Shown here one piece after another: positions 17,908-26,990 of a stretch of 64,000 bases of DNA. The position numbers and the translations under genes are program-made. The notes below the pieces were generated by a model that had not been told where the DNA came from, did not search any database, and saw nothing but the letters and a program-made list of their open reading frames with translations. Numbering within the stretch: the first letter of the stretch is position 1; the number at the start of each line of letters is the position of its first letter. This DNA comes from Deferribacterales bacterium (GTDB taxonomy: Bacteria; Chrysiogenota; Deferribacteres; Deferribacterales; Geovibrionaceae), in the NCBI GenBank assembly GCA_050251875.1, contig JBFWMA010000006.1, positions 96,001-160,000 on the forward strand, read 5' to 3'.

Positions 17908-19149
17908 ATGTCAGTAAAAACAGTACCATTTACAAAAGATCAGATCGAAAAGATCATCGAAAAATATCCCACACCTTTTCATATCTATGACGAGAAAGCG
18001 ATTCTGGAAAACGCCAGAAGACTGAAGAAAGCCTTCTCTTGGGCTCCCGCTTTCAAGGAATATTTCGCTGTGAAGGCTCTGCCCAACCCCTCTATCATGA
18101 AAGTGCTGATGAAAGAAGGATTCGGGGCGGATTGCAGCTCCATGGCGGAGCTGATGCTCTGCGACATGGTGGGGATCACAGGCGAGGACATCATGTTCAC
18201 ATCGAACGAAACCCCCGCTGTGGAATATCAGAAGGCTATGGCACAGAACGCCATAATCAATCTGGACGACTACTCACACATCAGCTTTCTGGAAGAGGCA
18301 TGCGGAAAACTCCCCGAGCTCATCTGCTTCCGCTATAACCCCGGTCCTCTGAAAGGCGGAAACGAAATCATCGGCGCTCCTCAGGAGGCTAAATACGGTC
18401 TGACCCGTGAGCAGATGTTCGATGCTTATAAAGTGATGAAAGAAAAAGGCGTAAAACGCTTCGGCATGCACACCATGGTGGCATCCAACGAGCTGAACGT
18501 TGACTACTTCGTGGAGACTGCGGTCATCCTCTTTGAGATGGCGGCGGAGATAGCTGAGAAGGTCGGCATCGATCTTGAGTTCATCAACCTCGGCGGCGGT
18601 ATAGGCATCCCCTACAAACCCGAGCAGAACGAAGTGAATCTGGAAGAGCTGGGAACAAAGGTGAAAGCTCAGTACGATAAAATCCTCGGATCAAAAGGTC
18701 TGAAACCCAATATAATGCTGGAATGCGGACGTGTAATCACCGGCCCTTACGGATATCTGGTGACCCGTGCCATCCACGAAAAACACATCTATAAGGAATA
18801 CATCGCCGTTGACGCCTGTATGGCTAACCTGATGCGCCCCGGCATGTACGGCGCTTATCACCATGTAACCGTCATGGGCAAAGAGAAAGCGCCCGCTGAC
18901 TGCCTTTATGACGTGGTGGGCTCACTTTGCGAGAACTGCGACAAGTTCGCAGTGGACAGAAAACTGCCTAAAATAGAGAAAGGTGACGTTGTTGTCATCC
19001 ACGACACAGGAGCACACGGACACGCTATGGGATTCAACTACAACGGAAAACTTCGCTCCGCCGAAGTTCTTCTGAAAGAGGACGGCACAACAGAGCTGAT
19101 CCGCAGAGCGGAAACCTATGACGATCTGTTCGCCACACTGAAGTTCTAA
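17908..19149 (+). CDS. lysA: Diaminopimelate decarboxylase
   Basis: YFAVKA (PLP lysine), KYG, NLGGG, ECGR, RPGMYGAYH, GSLCENCD, GAHG..MGFNYNG. Confidence 0.93.
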   Translation: MSVKTVPFTKDQIEKIIEKYPTPFHIYDEKAILENARRLKKAFSWAPAFKEYFAVKALPNPSIMKVLMKEGFGADCSSMAELMLCDMVGITGEDIMFTSNETPAVEYQKAMAQNAIINLDDYSHISFLEEACGKLPELICFRYNPGPLKGGNEIIGAPQEAKYGLTREQMFDAYKVMKEKGVKRFGMHTMVASNELNVDYFVETAVILFEMAAEIAEKVGIDLEFINLGGGIGIPYKPEQNEVNLEELGTKVKAQYDKILGSKGLKPNIMLECGRVITGPYGYLVTRAIHEKHIYKEYIAVDACMANLMRPGMYGAYHHVTVMGKEKAPADCLYDVVGSLCENCDKFAVDRKLPKIEKGDVVVIHDTGAHGHAMGFNYNGKLRSAEVLLKEDGTTELIRRAETYDDLFATLKF

Positions 19150-19160
19150 AAGTTTTTTAA

Positions 19161-19243
19161 GTCATAGCGAGGAGTGTAACGACGTCGCTATCTCGTTTCC
19201 TACATACAGAGATTGCCACGCCTGCAAGCAGGCTCGCAATGAC
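19161..19243. repeat. Palindromic element of the GTCATTGCGAG...CTCGCAATGAC type
   Basis: Degenerate left arm GTCATAGCGAG..CGTCGCTATCTC (19161-19194) and right arm GAGATTGCCACG..CTCGCAATGAC (19209-19243). Confidence 0.8.
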
Positions 19244-19256
19244 GGTATAAAATAGC

Positions 19257-19283
19257 AAAGCCCCGCAAAAGCGGGGCTTTTTT
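19257..19283. terminator. Intrinsic terminator after lysA, possibly bidirectional
   Basis: AAAGCCCCGC-AAAA-GCGGGGCTTTTTT. Confidence 0.88.
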
Positions 19284-19292
19284 ATATGTAAT

Positions 19293-19317
19293 GGCGGAGA
19301 AAAAAAGTCCGCCCTAC
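19293..19317 (-). repeat. Single GTAG-type REP
   Basis: Minus strand GTAG-GGCGGA-N9-TCCGCC, same start as the copy at 10104. Confidence 0.6.
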
Positions 19318-19335
19318 GGGATGAAGTCAGGTATA

Positions 19336-19411
19336 AGATTGCTTCGCTAGTGCTCGCAATGACAACTCTTTTGGGTCATTGCGAACCTGCTTTAGCAGGT
19401 GTGGCAATCTC
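19336..19411. repeat. Two further half-elements of the GTCATTGCGAG family, tail to head
   Basis: AGATTGCTTCG..CTCGCAATGAC (19336-19363) and GTCATTGCGAA..TGTGGCAATCTC (19375-19411). Confidence 0.78.
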
Positions 19412-19425
19412 ATTACTCCTTATAC

Positions 19426-20028
19426 TTACTTCACGAAAGCCTTGATGATCTTCTGGTCGTCCACAGGTTTGTCGCCGTATCCTGTGCGGACGTTTTCCAG
19501 CTTCTCTACGTTTTCATATCCTTCTGCCACTTCGCCGAATATGGTGTGGCGGAAGTCAAGCCAGGGAGTGGGAACAGTGGTGATGAAAAACTGGCTTCCG
19601 TTTGTGTTGGGTCCGGCGTTAGCCATAGCCAGTATGCCGGGTTTATCAAACTTCAGCTTAGGTGTAAACTCATCTTCAAATTTGGGTCCCCAGATGGATT
19701 CGCCGCCGCGTCCTGTACCGGTGGGGTCACCGCCCTGAATCATGAAGTCTTTGATAATACGGTGGAATATTACACCGTCATAGTAACCTTTATTTACAAG
19801 TCCGATAAAGTTTTCGACTGTTTTGGGAGCAAGTTTCGGATACAGTTTTAAAACTATTGTACCCTTTGTGGTTTCAAAGACTACCATCGGATCTTTTACC
19901 GCTTTTGCCTTTGTCTCTTTTTTTACTTTCGGTTCTGCCGCTTTGTCTGTTTTGGCTGTGTCAGCCTTTGCTTTACCTGCCATGATCAAAATCACTCCTA
20001 AAAATAGAATAACAAATAACTTTTTCAT
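19426..20028 (-). CDS. Cyclophilin-type peptidyl-prolyl isomerase, probably exported
   Basis: [37 protein letters not shown]-terminal signal-like segment. Confidence 0.95.
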   Translation of the reverse strand: MKKLFVILFLGVILIMAGKAKADTAKTDKAAEPKVKKETKAKAVKDPMVVFETTKGTIVLKLYPKLAPKTVENFIGLVNKGYYDGVIFHRIIKDFMIQGGDPTGTGRGGESIWGPKFEDEFTPKLKFDKPGILAMANAGPNTNGSQFFITTVPTPWLDFRHTIFGEVAEGYENVEKLENVRTGYGDKPVDDQKIIKAFVK

Positions 20029-20736
20029 TTATATACCCAGATATGCTTTCTTAACTTCTTCGTTAACAAGCAGTTTTTTTGCGTCATCTTCCAGAGTTAT
20101 GCGTCCGTTCTCCATAACATATCCTCTGTGGGCGACTTTCAGCGCGAGGTTGGCGTTCTGTTCCACCAGAAATATGGTGGTGCCGTCCTCTTCGTTGATC
20201 CGCTTTATGATATCGAAAATCTGTTTAACGATAAGAGGGGCGAGACCCAGAGAAGGTTCATCCAGAAGGAGCATTTTGGGGCGTGCCATCAGGGCTCTGG
20301 ATATAGCCAGCATCTGCTGTTCGCCGCCGGAGAGTGTTCCTCCCGCCTGATGCATACGCTCTTTCAGTCTGGGAAACAGTGTGAAGACGTGTTCCAGATC
20401 TTTCTTCACGTTATCCTTGTCCTTGCGCAGATAAGCGCCGAGGTCGAGGTTCTCCATAACGGTGAGATAAGGAAAGATGTGTCTGCCCTCCGGAACGTGG
20501 GCGAGCCCGCTGCGGACTATTTTGTCCGGTTTCATCCCGCTGATTGTCTCCCCGTTGAACAGAATCTGTCCTGTTCTGGGTGTCACTATCCCGCTGATGG
20601 ACATGAGCGTTGTGGTTTTTCCGGCTCCGTTGGCTCCTATCAGCGTGATGATCTCACCTTCGTTGATAGTGATGCTCACATCGTGCAGAGCCTGTATATT
20701 GCCGTAAAAGGCGTTGATATTCTTAATTTCAAGCAT
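20029..20736 (-). CDS. livF: Branched-chain amino acid ABC transporter ATPase
   Basis: GANGAGKT, VPEGRHIF, LSGGEQQMLAI, DEPSLGLAP. Confidence 0.95.
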   Translation of the reverse strand: MLEIKNINAFYGNIQALHDVSITINEGEIITLIGANGAGKTTTLMSISGIVTPRTGQILFNGETISGMKPDKIVRSGLAHVPEGRHIFPYLTVMENLDLGAYLRKDKDNVKKDLEHVFTLFPRLKERMHQAGGTLSGGEQQMLAISRALMARPKMLLLDEPSLGLAPLIVKQIFDIIKRINEEDGTTIFLVEQNANLALKVAHRGYVMENGRITLEDDAKKLLVNEEVKKAYLGI

Positions 20737-21517
20737 CGATTTCCTCCCCCAGATAAGCCTTGATAACCTCAGGATTGTTTCTGATATCCATAGGTGTTCC
20801 GTCAGCTATCTTCTGCCCGTGATCCATAACATAGATGCGCTCGGACAGGTTCATGACGAGTTTCATGTCATGTTCTATAAGAAGGATGGCGATGTTCTCT
20901 TCGTCTCTGATCTTTCTGATGAGATGCGTCAGCTCCTCTGTCTCGTGGGGGTTCATCCCCGCCGCAGGTTCGTCCAGCAGAAGCAGTCTGGGCTCTGTCG
21001 CCAGCGCTCTGGCGATCTCCAGCTTTCTCTGGTCGCCGTAAGGCAGGTTGCAAGCCAGCTCATCGCACTGGTTTTCCAGACCCATTTTTTTCAGAATCTC
21101 CCAGCATTCCTGAGCTGCTTTCAGCTCTTCCGCCTTGGTTTTCTTGTCACGGAAAAGAGCGCCCAGAATCTTTGCGTTCAGACGGCAGTGTTTTCCGATC
21201 ATGGCGTTTTCCAGAACAGTCATGTTCTGAAAGAGCCTGATGTTCTGAAAAGTTCTGGCGAGCCCTCTCTCTGTGACACGGTTGGGCTTGAAGCCGTTGA
21301 TGCGCACAGGCTGGCTCTTTGTGGAGCGGACGAGTATATCTCCCTTAGTAGGGGTATAGATTCCTGTTATACAGTTAAAAAATGTGGTCTTTCCGGCGCC
21401 GTTTGGTCCTATGAGCGCCACTATCTCTTTATCTTTCACATACAGATCGACAGAGTCCACGGCACGCAGACCGCCGAAATCCATAGTGAGTCCGTTTACC
21501 TGAATTACGTTTTCCAT
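20729..21517 (-). CDS. livG: Branched-chain amino acid ABC transporter ATPase
   Basis: GPNGAGKT, RTFQNIRLF, LPYG, DEPAAGMNP, IEHDM. Confidence 0.95.
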   Translation of the reverse strand: MENVIQVNGLTMDFGGLRAVDSVDLYVKDKEIVALIGPNGAGKTTFFNCITGIYTPTKGDILVRSTKSQPVRINGFKPNRVTERGLARTFQNIRLFQNMTVLENAMIGKHCRLNAKILGALFRDKKTKAEELKAAQECWEILKKMGLENQCDELACNLPYGDQRKLEIARALATEPRLLLLDEPAAGMNPHETEELTHLIRKIRDEENIAILLIEHDMKLVMNLSERIYVMDHGQKIADGTPMDIRNNPEVIKAYLGEEIDA

Positions 21518-21518
21518 A

Positions 21519-22727
21519 TCAGCCCCCCAGCCTTTCGTCCATGCCGTGGAACGAATATTTTCGCCGGAAGTTGCTCACAAGCCCCTGCGGACGGAAAACC
21601 ATCATAACAACCATAGCGCCGCCGAATATCAGCATGCGGTACTGAGAAAAGGCTCTCATATACTCGGGCAGCAGAATCATGATGAGCGCCCCCAGAATTA
21701 CGCCGGGGATAGAGCCCATTCCGCCCAGAACCACTATGGAAAGGATGATCGCTGACTCGAGGAAGGTGAATGACGCGGGGTTGATGAAAGATGTCTTGGC
21801 GGCGAAAACCACGCCCATGAGCCCCGCCCATGTGGCGCCGAGGGCGAAAGCCATCAGCTTGGTTCTTGTCCTGCCCACACCCATAGCCTGACAGGCTATG
21901 TCATCCTCACGAAGAGCAAGCCACGCCCTGCCTATCCTGGAGTTCTGTAATCTGGCAACGAAAAATATGGTGACTATGGTAAAAGCTATCATCATGTAAT
22001 AGATAGCTCCGTTCATCTGATTAAGCGTAAGGTCGAGACCGAAAAAGTTCGGTCTGTCTATTCCGGCTATACCGCTGGGACCGTGTGAAAACTCGCTCCA
22101 GTTCTCCAGCACCAGACGGATGATCTCTCCGAAACCGAGGGTAACGATGGCGAGATAGTCGCCTCGGAGCCTCAGCACGGGGAAACCGAGCAGGATGCCG
22201 AATATACAGGCAAAAAATCCGCCCAGAGGCAGAACAATCCAGAAGGAGAGCCCGAAGCTGTGGTTAAGAAGAGCGTATGTATAGGCACCCACAGCGTAAA
22301 AAGCCACATATCCGAGATCCAGCAGTCCGGCGAGCCCGACAACTATGTTAAGTCCGAGACCAAGAACCACATACATCAGAGCCACTGTCAGGATGTTCAC
22401 CTGATAAGCGTCAGCGAATGAGGGAATCACGGTCAGAGCCGCCAGAACAGCCAGCCCCAGCCCCTTCTTAACAAGAGGTCTGGACTGAACATATGCCTGC
22501 GCTCTGGCAGACAGCGTAACTCCGTCTGAGGGTTTCTTTTTATCTTTTCTCTCCAGCAGATAACGCCAGAGCAGAGATATCAGAAATGTTCCGATGCCGA
22601 TCATAGCCATGTTCATCCAGCGCCATTCGATGATGTGGTAAACAGTGTTTACCTTTATCACCATGATGGGGAATGTAAGAAACATGAACCATACGGCTAC
22701 TTTCAGCGATTTGATAATTTCGTTCAT
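21519..22727 (-). CDS. livM: Branched-chain amino acid ABC transporter permease
   Basis: GLNIVVGLAGLLDLGYVAFY, LRGDYLAIVTLGFGEI. Confidence 0.95.
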   Translation of the reverse strand: MNEIIKSLKVAVWFMFLTFPIMVIKVNTVYHIIEWRWMNMAMIGIGTFLISLLWRYLLERKDKKKPSDGVTLSARAQAYVQSRPLVKKGLGLAVLAALTVIPSFADAYQVNILTVALMYVVLGLGLNIVVGLAGLLDLGYVAFYAVGAYTYALLNHSFGLSFWIVLPLGGFFACIFGILLGFPVLRLRGDYLAIVTLGFGEIIRLVLENWSEFSHGPSGIAGIDRPNFFGLDLTLNQMNGAIYYMMIAFTIVTIFFVARLQNSRIGRAWLALREDDIACQAMGVGRTRTKLMAFALGATWAGLMGVVFAAKTSFINPASFTFLESAIILSIVVLGGMGSIPGVILGALIMILLPEYMRAFSQYRMLIFGGAMVVMMVFRPQGLVSNFRRKYSFHGMDERLGG

Positions 22728-22729
22728 GC

Positions 22730-23632
22730 TTACACCTTTTTGGTCTCCGCCTTGCCCAGAAGCCCGGCGGGACGGAATATCAGAATAAGCACGAGAAGAG
22801 CGAAAGCGAAAACGTCTTCATAGTCGCTGGATACATACCCGGTGGCAAAGCTCTCCGTCCATCCGAGGATGAGCGCCCCCAGCACAGCACCCGGGATGCT
22901 CCCGATGCCGCCCAGAACCGCCGCGGTGAACGCCTTGATGCCGGCGATGAATCCTATATAGAAGTTGATCTGCCCTATGTGGCTGGCGATAAGAACGCCG
23001 CCAAGAGCAGCCAGAGATGAACCGATTATGAATGTGGCGGAGATTACCCTGTCCACGTCTATACCTATCAGAAGAGCCATTGTCTTATCCTGAGCGGTGG
23101 CTCTCATGGCCTTTCCGAGGTTGGTGAACTTGATAAAGAGCGTCAGAAGCACCATCGCCACCATAGTGGTGACAACGATAACAAGCTCAGCCGAGCTGAA
23201 AATATGTGAAACCGGCTCCATAAAATGGAACTGGGGGATAAGCCTGGGAAAAGGGAGAAAGTCTGATGTCTGAGCAAGCAGTACATAGTTCTGTAAAAAG
23301 ATTGACATGCCGATGGCGCTGATGAGGGGAGACAGTCTGGGTGCGTTGCGCAGAGGCTTGTATGCTATCTTTTCAACGGTAAAACCGTAAGCGGATGAAT
23401 AAATTACCGCTACTATAGATGCGAGAATGAGAATGGCGACCGTGTTGACACCGTAAAATGTAAGAACACTCGCCACGATGAGAGCTGTGAAGGCGCCTAT
23501 CATATATATCTCGCCGTGGGCGAAGTTAATAAGCTGTACAATGCCGTATACCATCGTGTATCCCAACGCTATAAGGGCATATATACTGCCCCGGGTGAGC
23601 CCCCCGAAGAACAGTTCAAGGAAATAATCCAT
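22730..23632 (-). CDS. livH: Branched-chain amino acid ABC transporter permease
   Basis: YALIALGYTMVYG..INFAHGEIYM, KAFTAAVLGGIG. Confidence 0.95.
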   Translation of the reverse strand: MDYFLELFFGGLTRGSIYALIALGYTMVYGIVQLINFAHGEIYMIGAFTALIVASVLTFYGVNTVAILILASIVAVIYSSAYGFTVEKIAYKPLRNAPRLSPLISAIGMSIFLQNYVLLAQTSDFLPFPRLIPQFHFMEPVSHIFSSAELVIVVTTMVAMVLLTLFIKFTNLGKAMRATAQDKTMALLIGIDVDRVISATFIIGSSLAALGGVLIASHIGQINFYIGFIAGIKAFTAAVLGGIGSIPGAVLGALILGWTESFATGYVSSDYEDVFAFALLVLILIFRPAGLLGKAETKKV

Positions 23633-23661
23633 GCCGACCTCTAAATTGAATTAATGAAATA

Positions 23662-23685
23662 AGGGAGCCCGAAAACAGGCTCCCT
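23662..23685 (-). terminator. Hairpin after the binding-protein gene (partial terminator or stabiliser)
   Basis: AGGGAGCC-N8-GGCTCCCT. Confidence 0.6.
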
Positions 23686-23697
23686 GTATATCGAAAA

Positions 23698-24876
23698 TTA
23701 TTGAATTTCTACGTAAACGCCGTTTTGTACCTGATAAACAGAGAATCCTGCACCGATAGCATCGCCTTTTTCGTCAAATTTGATTTTACCGATGGGTGTT
23801 TCAACATATTCTGTTCTCAGAGCGTTGGTTACAGCGTCATAATCTGTGGAGCCTGCTTTCTCGATAGCGTTTGTGATAGCGAGCATAGCTGTGTAGGCGT
23901 TCAGATAGAATGCGCCGGGGTCTTCGCCGTATGTTTCTTTATGAAGTTTTGTAGCTTCTATTGTCAGAGGATTTGTTGATGTGTCTTTGGGTCCTGTGGC
24001 ATATACGCCTTCAGCGAATGTGCCTGCCACTTTGATGAATGTATCGTCTTTAACGCCGTCATCAGAGATGAATTTTACAGGAACTTTTTTCTTAACGATC
24101 AGAGTGATGATCTTAGAAGCCTCGGGGTGATATCCGCCATAGATAACAGCCTCAGCGCCTGATTGTTTGATCTTCTGAACGATAGCGGAGTAGTCAACAG
24201 CTCCGGGTGTGATACCTTCGAAAAGAACAACCTGAAGTTTGCCGTCAGCTTCTGCGAACTGTTTGGCATATTCAGCGAGTCCTTTACCATAGTCGCCTTT
24301 ATCGTGAATTATAGCTACTTTGCTGACTTTCAGAACATCTGTAGCGAAGTCGATCTCAAGTCTTGCCTGAGCGTCATCGGGAGCGATTGTTCTGAAGAAG
24401 TTAGGATATTCGCCTGATTTTGTAAGATCGGGGCTGGTAGCAGAAGGAGACATAACGGGTATTTTAGCTGCGAGATATGTACCCATAGCGGCTTTTGTAG
24501 CGCCGCTGCATATATGTCCGAGAACAGCTACTACGCCTTCGGAAACAAGTTTGTTAGCTGAGCTTACAGCTACTTCGGGTTTGCAAACGTCATCAGCGGG
24601 AACGAGTTCCACTTTTTTACCGAGGAGACCGCCTTTTTCGTTAACTTGTTTAACAACAAGCTCAGCGGCTTTCAGTGAGGGGATACCATAGGAAGCGAGG
24701 TCGCCTGAGTGAGCGCCTGCCACGCCGATTTTAATAACTCCGCCTTCAGCAGCAGCGGGCTGCTCTGTGGCTGCGGGAGTTTCGCCTTCAGCCTTGGCCT
24801 CATCTTTCGGTTTCTGGCTGCATCCGGCAAAAACAAACATTGCCGCCATAACGGCAAACAGAAGCAATTTCTTCAT
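23698..24876 (-). CDS. livK: Branched-chain amino acid binding lipoprotein
   Basis: Lipobox FAGC; GHICSG, SPSATSP, FFRT..DDAQ, HDK..YG.GLA. Confidence 0.9.
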   Translation of the reverse strand: MKKLLLFAVMAAMFVFAGCSQKPKDEAKAEGETPAATEQPAAAEGGVIKIGVAGAHSGDLASYGIPSLKAAELVVKQVNEKGGLLGKKVELVPADDVCKPEVAVSSANKLVSEGVVAVLGHICSGATKAAMGTYLAAKIPVMSPSATSPDLTKSGEYPNFFRTIAPDDAQARLEIDFATDVLKVSKVAIIHDKGDYGKGLAEYAKQFAEADGKLQVVLFEGITPGAVDYSAIVQKIKQSGAEAVIYGGYHPEASKIITLIVKKKVPVKFISDDGVKDDTFIKVAGTFAEGVYATGPKDTSTNPLTIEATKLHKETYGEDPGAFYLNAYTAMLAITNAIEKAGSTDYDAVTNALRTEYVETPIGKIKFDEKGDAIGAGFSVYQVQNGVYVEIQ

Positions 24877-25001
24877 AAGTTTCCTCCTAAAGAATTCTTT
24901 AAGCGTAAATGAAAATGATAGTTAATCTTCTTCCGACAGTCAAGAGCTATTATAGACATGATTAAACTATTGATAACACACGCAATAAAAATTAATTTTC
25001 A

Positions 25002-26165
25002 TTAAACATTTTTAAGCAGAACTGCACTCTCAACATGGTAAGAGCCGGGAAACATATCTATTATACACAGTTTATCAATCATATAGACATCCTTCATTCT
25101 GCTGATGTCACGAGCCAGCGTGTCCGGAGCGCATGATATATATATAATCCTTTTGGCGCCTGACTTTCTGATATAATCGGCGGTCTTTTTATCCAGCCCG
25201 GTTCTGGGAGGATCCACCAGAATAGTGTCGAAAGAGCCACGCAGTGTTCCCACCAGACTTTCGCTGGGAGATGAATGCCATCTGACGTTTTTCATCCCCG
25301 CTTTTCTGCCCAGAGAAACCGACTGAGCGGATATCTCCGCCGCCGTCACCTCTTGCGCTCTCTTCGCCAGAGGCAGAGTCAGAAAACCTGTTCCGCAGTA
25401 AAGCTCCAGAGCAGTGTTGCCCATGCTGTTCTCATATACAAAATCCTGAAGTTTTTCAGACAGATATCTGTTTCCCTGAAGAAAAGTGTCGAATCCGGCA
25501 TAAAACACGCCGTATTTTGTTTCGAAAGCTATGGTTCTCTCACCCATAACATTTCCGGACGCCTTCAGCCCGGTGAACCCGAAAAGGTCTGCCACTCCGG
25601 CGTCTGTTCTGCCCAGCGCCTCGCCATTCTCGTTCTCGGTGACATAGAGCACATAATCTCCGCCGTCTGTCGCCGCCGCCAGCGCCTTTGCCTTCTCCAC
25701 CATAGTTGATTTAATCACGGGGCAGGCATCCACAGGGATGAAATCGTTCGACTTGAATTTATAAAAGCCTATCTGTCTGTCCCTGATACGGAAAGTCGCT
25801 CTGTTGCGGAATCCTGTGATTTCCGCCGTAAATATTTCCGGTTCCGGCAGTTCCAGCTTCGCTCTGGTCAGCTGCGTGAGTACGAAGTTCTTTTTGATAT
25901 CCACCTGAGCGTCATATGATATATGCCCGAAGACGCACCCGCCGCAAGAGCCGATGTGCGGGCAGTATATTTCACCCCGAAGCTCCGAGGGCTTCACAAG
26001 AGTTTTCATCTCTCCATAGCAGAAATTCTTTTTATCATCAGTCACGTCACAGCGGACAGTATCGCCCTTCACCGTGTGGGGAAGAAAAATAACACGCCCG
26101 TCAGGCATAGTTCCGACACCGTATCCGCCGTATGCTGTATCCTTTATATAAGTTTCAAAAATCAT
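25002..26165 (-). CDS. RNA (uracil-5)-methyltransferase, RlmD/TrmA family
   Basis: TRAM-like N-terminus, CPHIGSCGGC, ELYCGTG, VDPPRTG, YISC, DMFPGSYHVE. Confidence 0.9.
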   Translation of the reverse strand: MIFETYIKDTAYGGYGVGTMPDGRVIFLPHTVKGDTVRCDVTDDKKNFCYGEMKTLVKPSELRGEIYCPHIGSCGGCVFGHISYDAQVDIKKNFVLTQLTRAKLELPEPEIFTAEITGFRNRATFRIRDRQIGFYKFKSNDFIPVDACPVIKSTMVEKAKALAAATDGGDYVLYVTENENGEALGRTDAGVADLFGFTGLKASGNVMGERTIAFETKYGVFYAGFDTFLQGNRYLSEKLQDFVYENSMGNTALELYCGTGFLTLPLAKRAQEVTAAEISAQSVSLGRKAGMKNVRWHSSPSESLVGTLRGSFDTILVDPPRTGLDKKTADYIRKSGAKRIIYISCAPDTLARDISRMKDVYMIDKLCIIDMFPGSYHVESAVLLKNV

Positions 26166-26874
26166 TCCAGAGTCCCCCGATTATTTTTTTGTGTGTTTCG
26201 CTGTCTTCTCCGTTTATCTTCTGATACAAAGGCGCCTCAAACGACAGCTCGCGTTTTCCGCCTTTTCTGAATTCCATCAATATTATCTTCGGTTTCATGT
26301 TAATATCCGGACACACCGGAACCAGTCTCTTCGCCTCGAACCCATGCTTAAAGGCGGATTCGAACAGAACAGGCATCATGTCAGCGTCATAGCTCATAAA
26401 GAGCGGACTGCCGAATTTCAGAAAGCTCCGGCAGAAGGCAAAAACATCGTCAGCCTTCATGGTGGTGGTAAATCTGGCGTTCAGCTCCGTGGGATTTTTG
26501 GAGAGATGCCCGGACGTTGGATCACGGTATGGCGGGTTGCAGACCGCCCCGTCATACTGAAAATCGGGTCTGTATTCCCTGATATCTTTTATCAATAAAG
26601 AAACAATGTTCTGGATATTAGAAAGCGATATAGTTTCAGTTAAACATTGAGCCATCTCTTCCTGCATCTCTATGGCGTCAATCCTGCCCGCTTTTCCCAT
26701 CTTCGCCAGTATGGCGGATATGACACCGCTGCCGCTGCCGATGTCTATGAGATGCTGGCTGGGTGAGGACTTTACAAACCAGGAGAGGTAAACGGCATCC
26801 GTGGAAAAACGAAAACCTCTAACAGGCTGGCAGATTTTAATATCTTCATTTATGATAGTATCAACGCTCGTCAT
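26155..26874 (-). CDS. tRNA1(Val) A37 N6-methyltransferase family (YfiC/TrmN6-like)
   Basis: GFRFSTDAVYL, DIGSGSG, CNPPY; start may be 26874 or 26910. Confidence 0.82.
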   Translation of the reverse strand: MTSVDTIINEDIKICQPVRGFRFSTDAVYLSWFVKSSPSQHLIDIGSGSGVISAILAKMGKAGRIDAIEMQEEMAQCLTETISLSNIQNIVSLLIKDIREYRPDFQYDGAVCNPPYRDPTSGHLSKNPTELNARFTTTMKADDVFAFCRSFLKFGSPLFMSYDADMMPVLFESAFKHGFEAKRLVPVCPDINMKPKIILMEFRKGGKRELSFEAPLYQKINGEDSETHKKIIGGLWNDF

Positions 26875-26903
26875 ATTCAAACAATCACCGTTATATTTTG
26901 GTA

Positions 26904-26932
26904 TTGACATTATTTTATAGGAGTAACATAAT
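26904..26932 (+). promoter_or_regulatory. Sigma70-type promoter of the MCP gene
   Basis: TTGACA-N17-CATAAT. Confidence 0.65.
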
Positions 26933-26990
26933 TATTGTTGCTAATTAACTATTGTTATAACTATTTTTAATTTACGCAAGGATAACCTAA

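Noticed and set aside
17786..17929. Extended N-termini in the ORF track for TetR (likewise 6985, 35893, 37707, 37663, 39846, 63310 starts)
   Set aside because: The extensions run through promoter or operator DNA or overlap neighbours; downstream starts fit SD signals or domain boundaries better.
19161..19411. Possible CRISPR array
   Set aside because: Repeats are inverted and degenerate with irregular spacing, and there are no cas genes.
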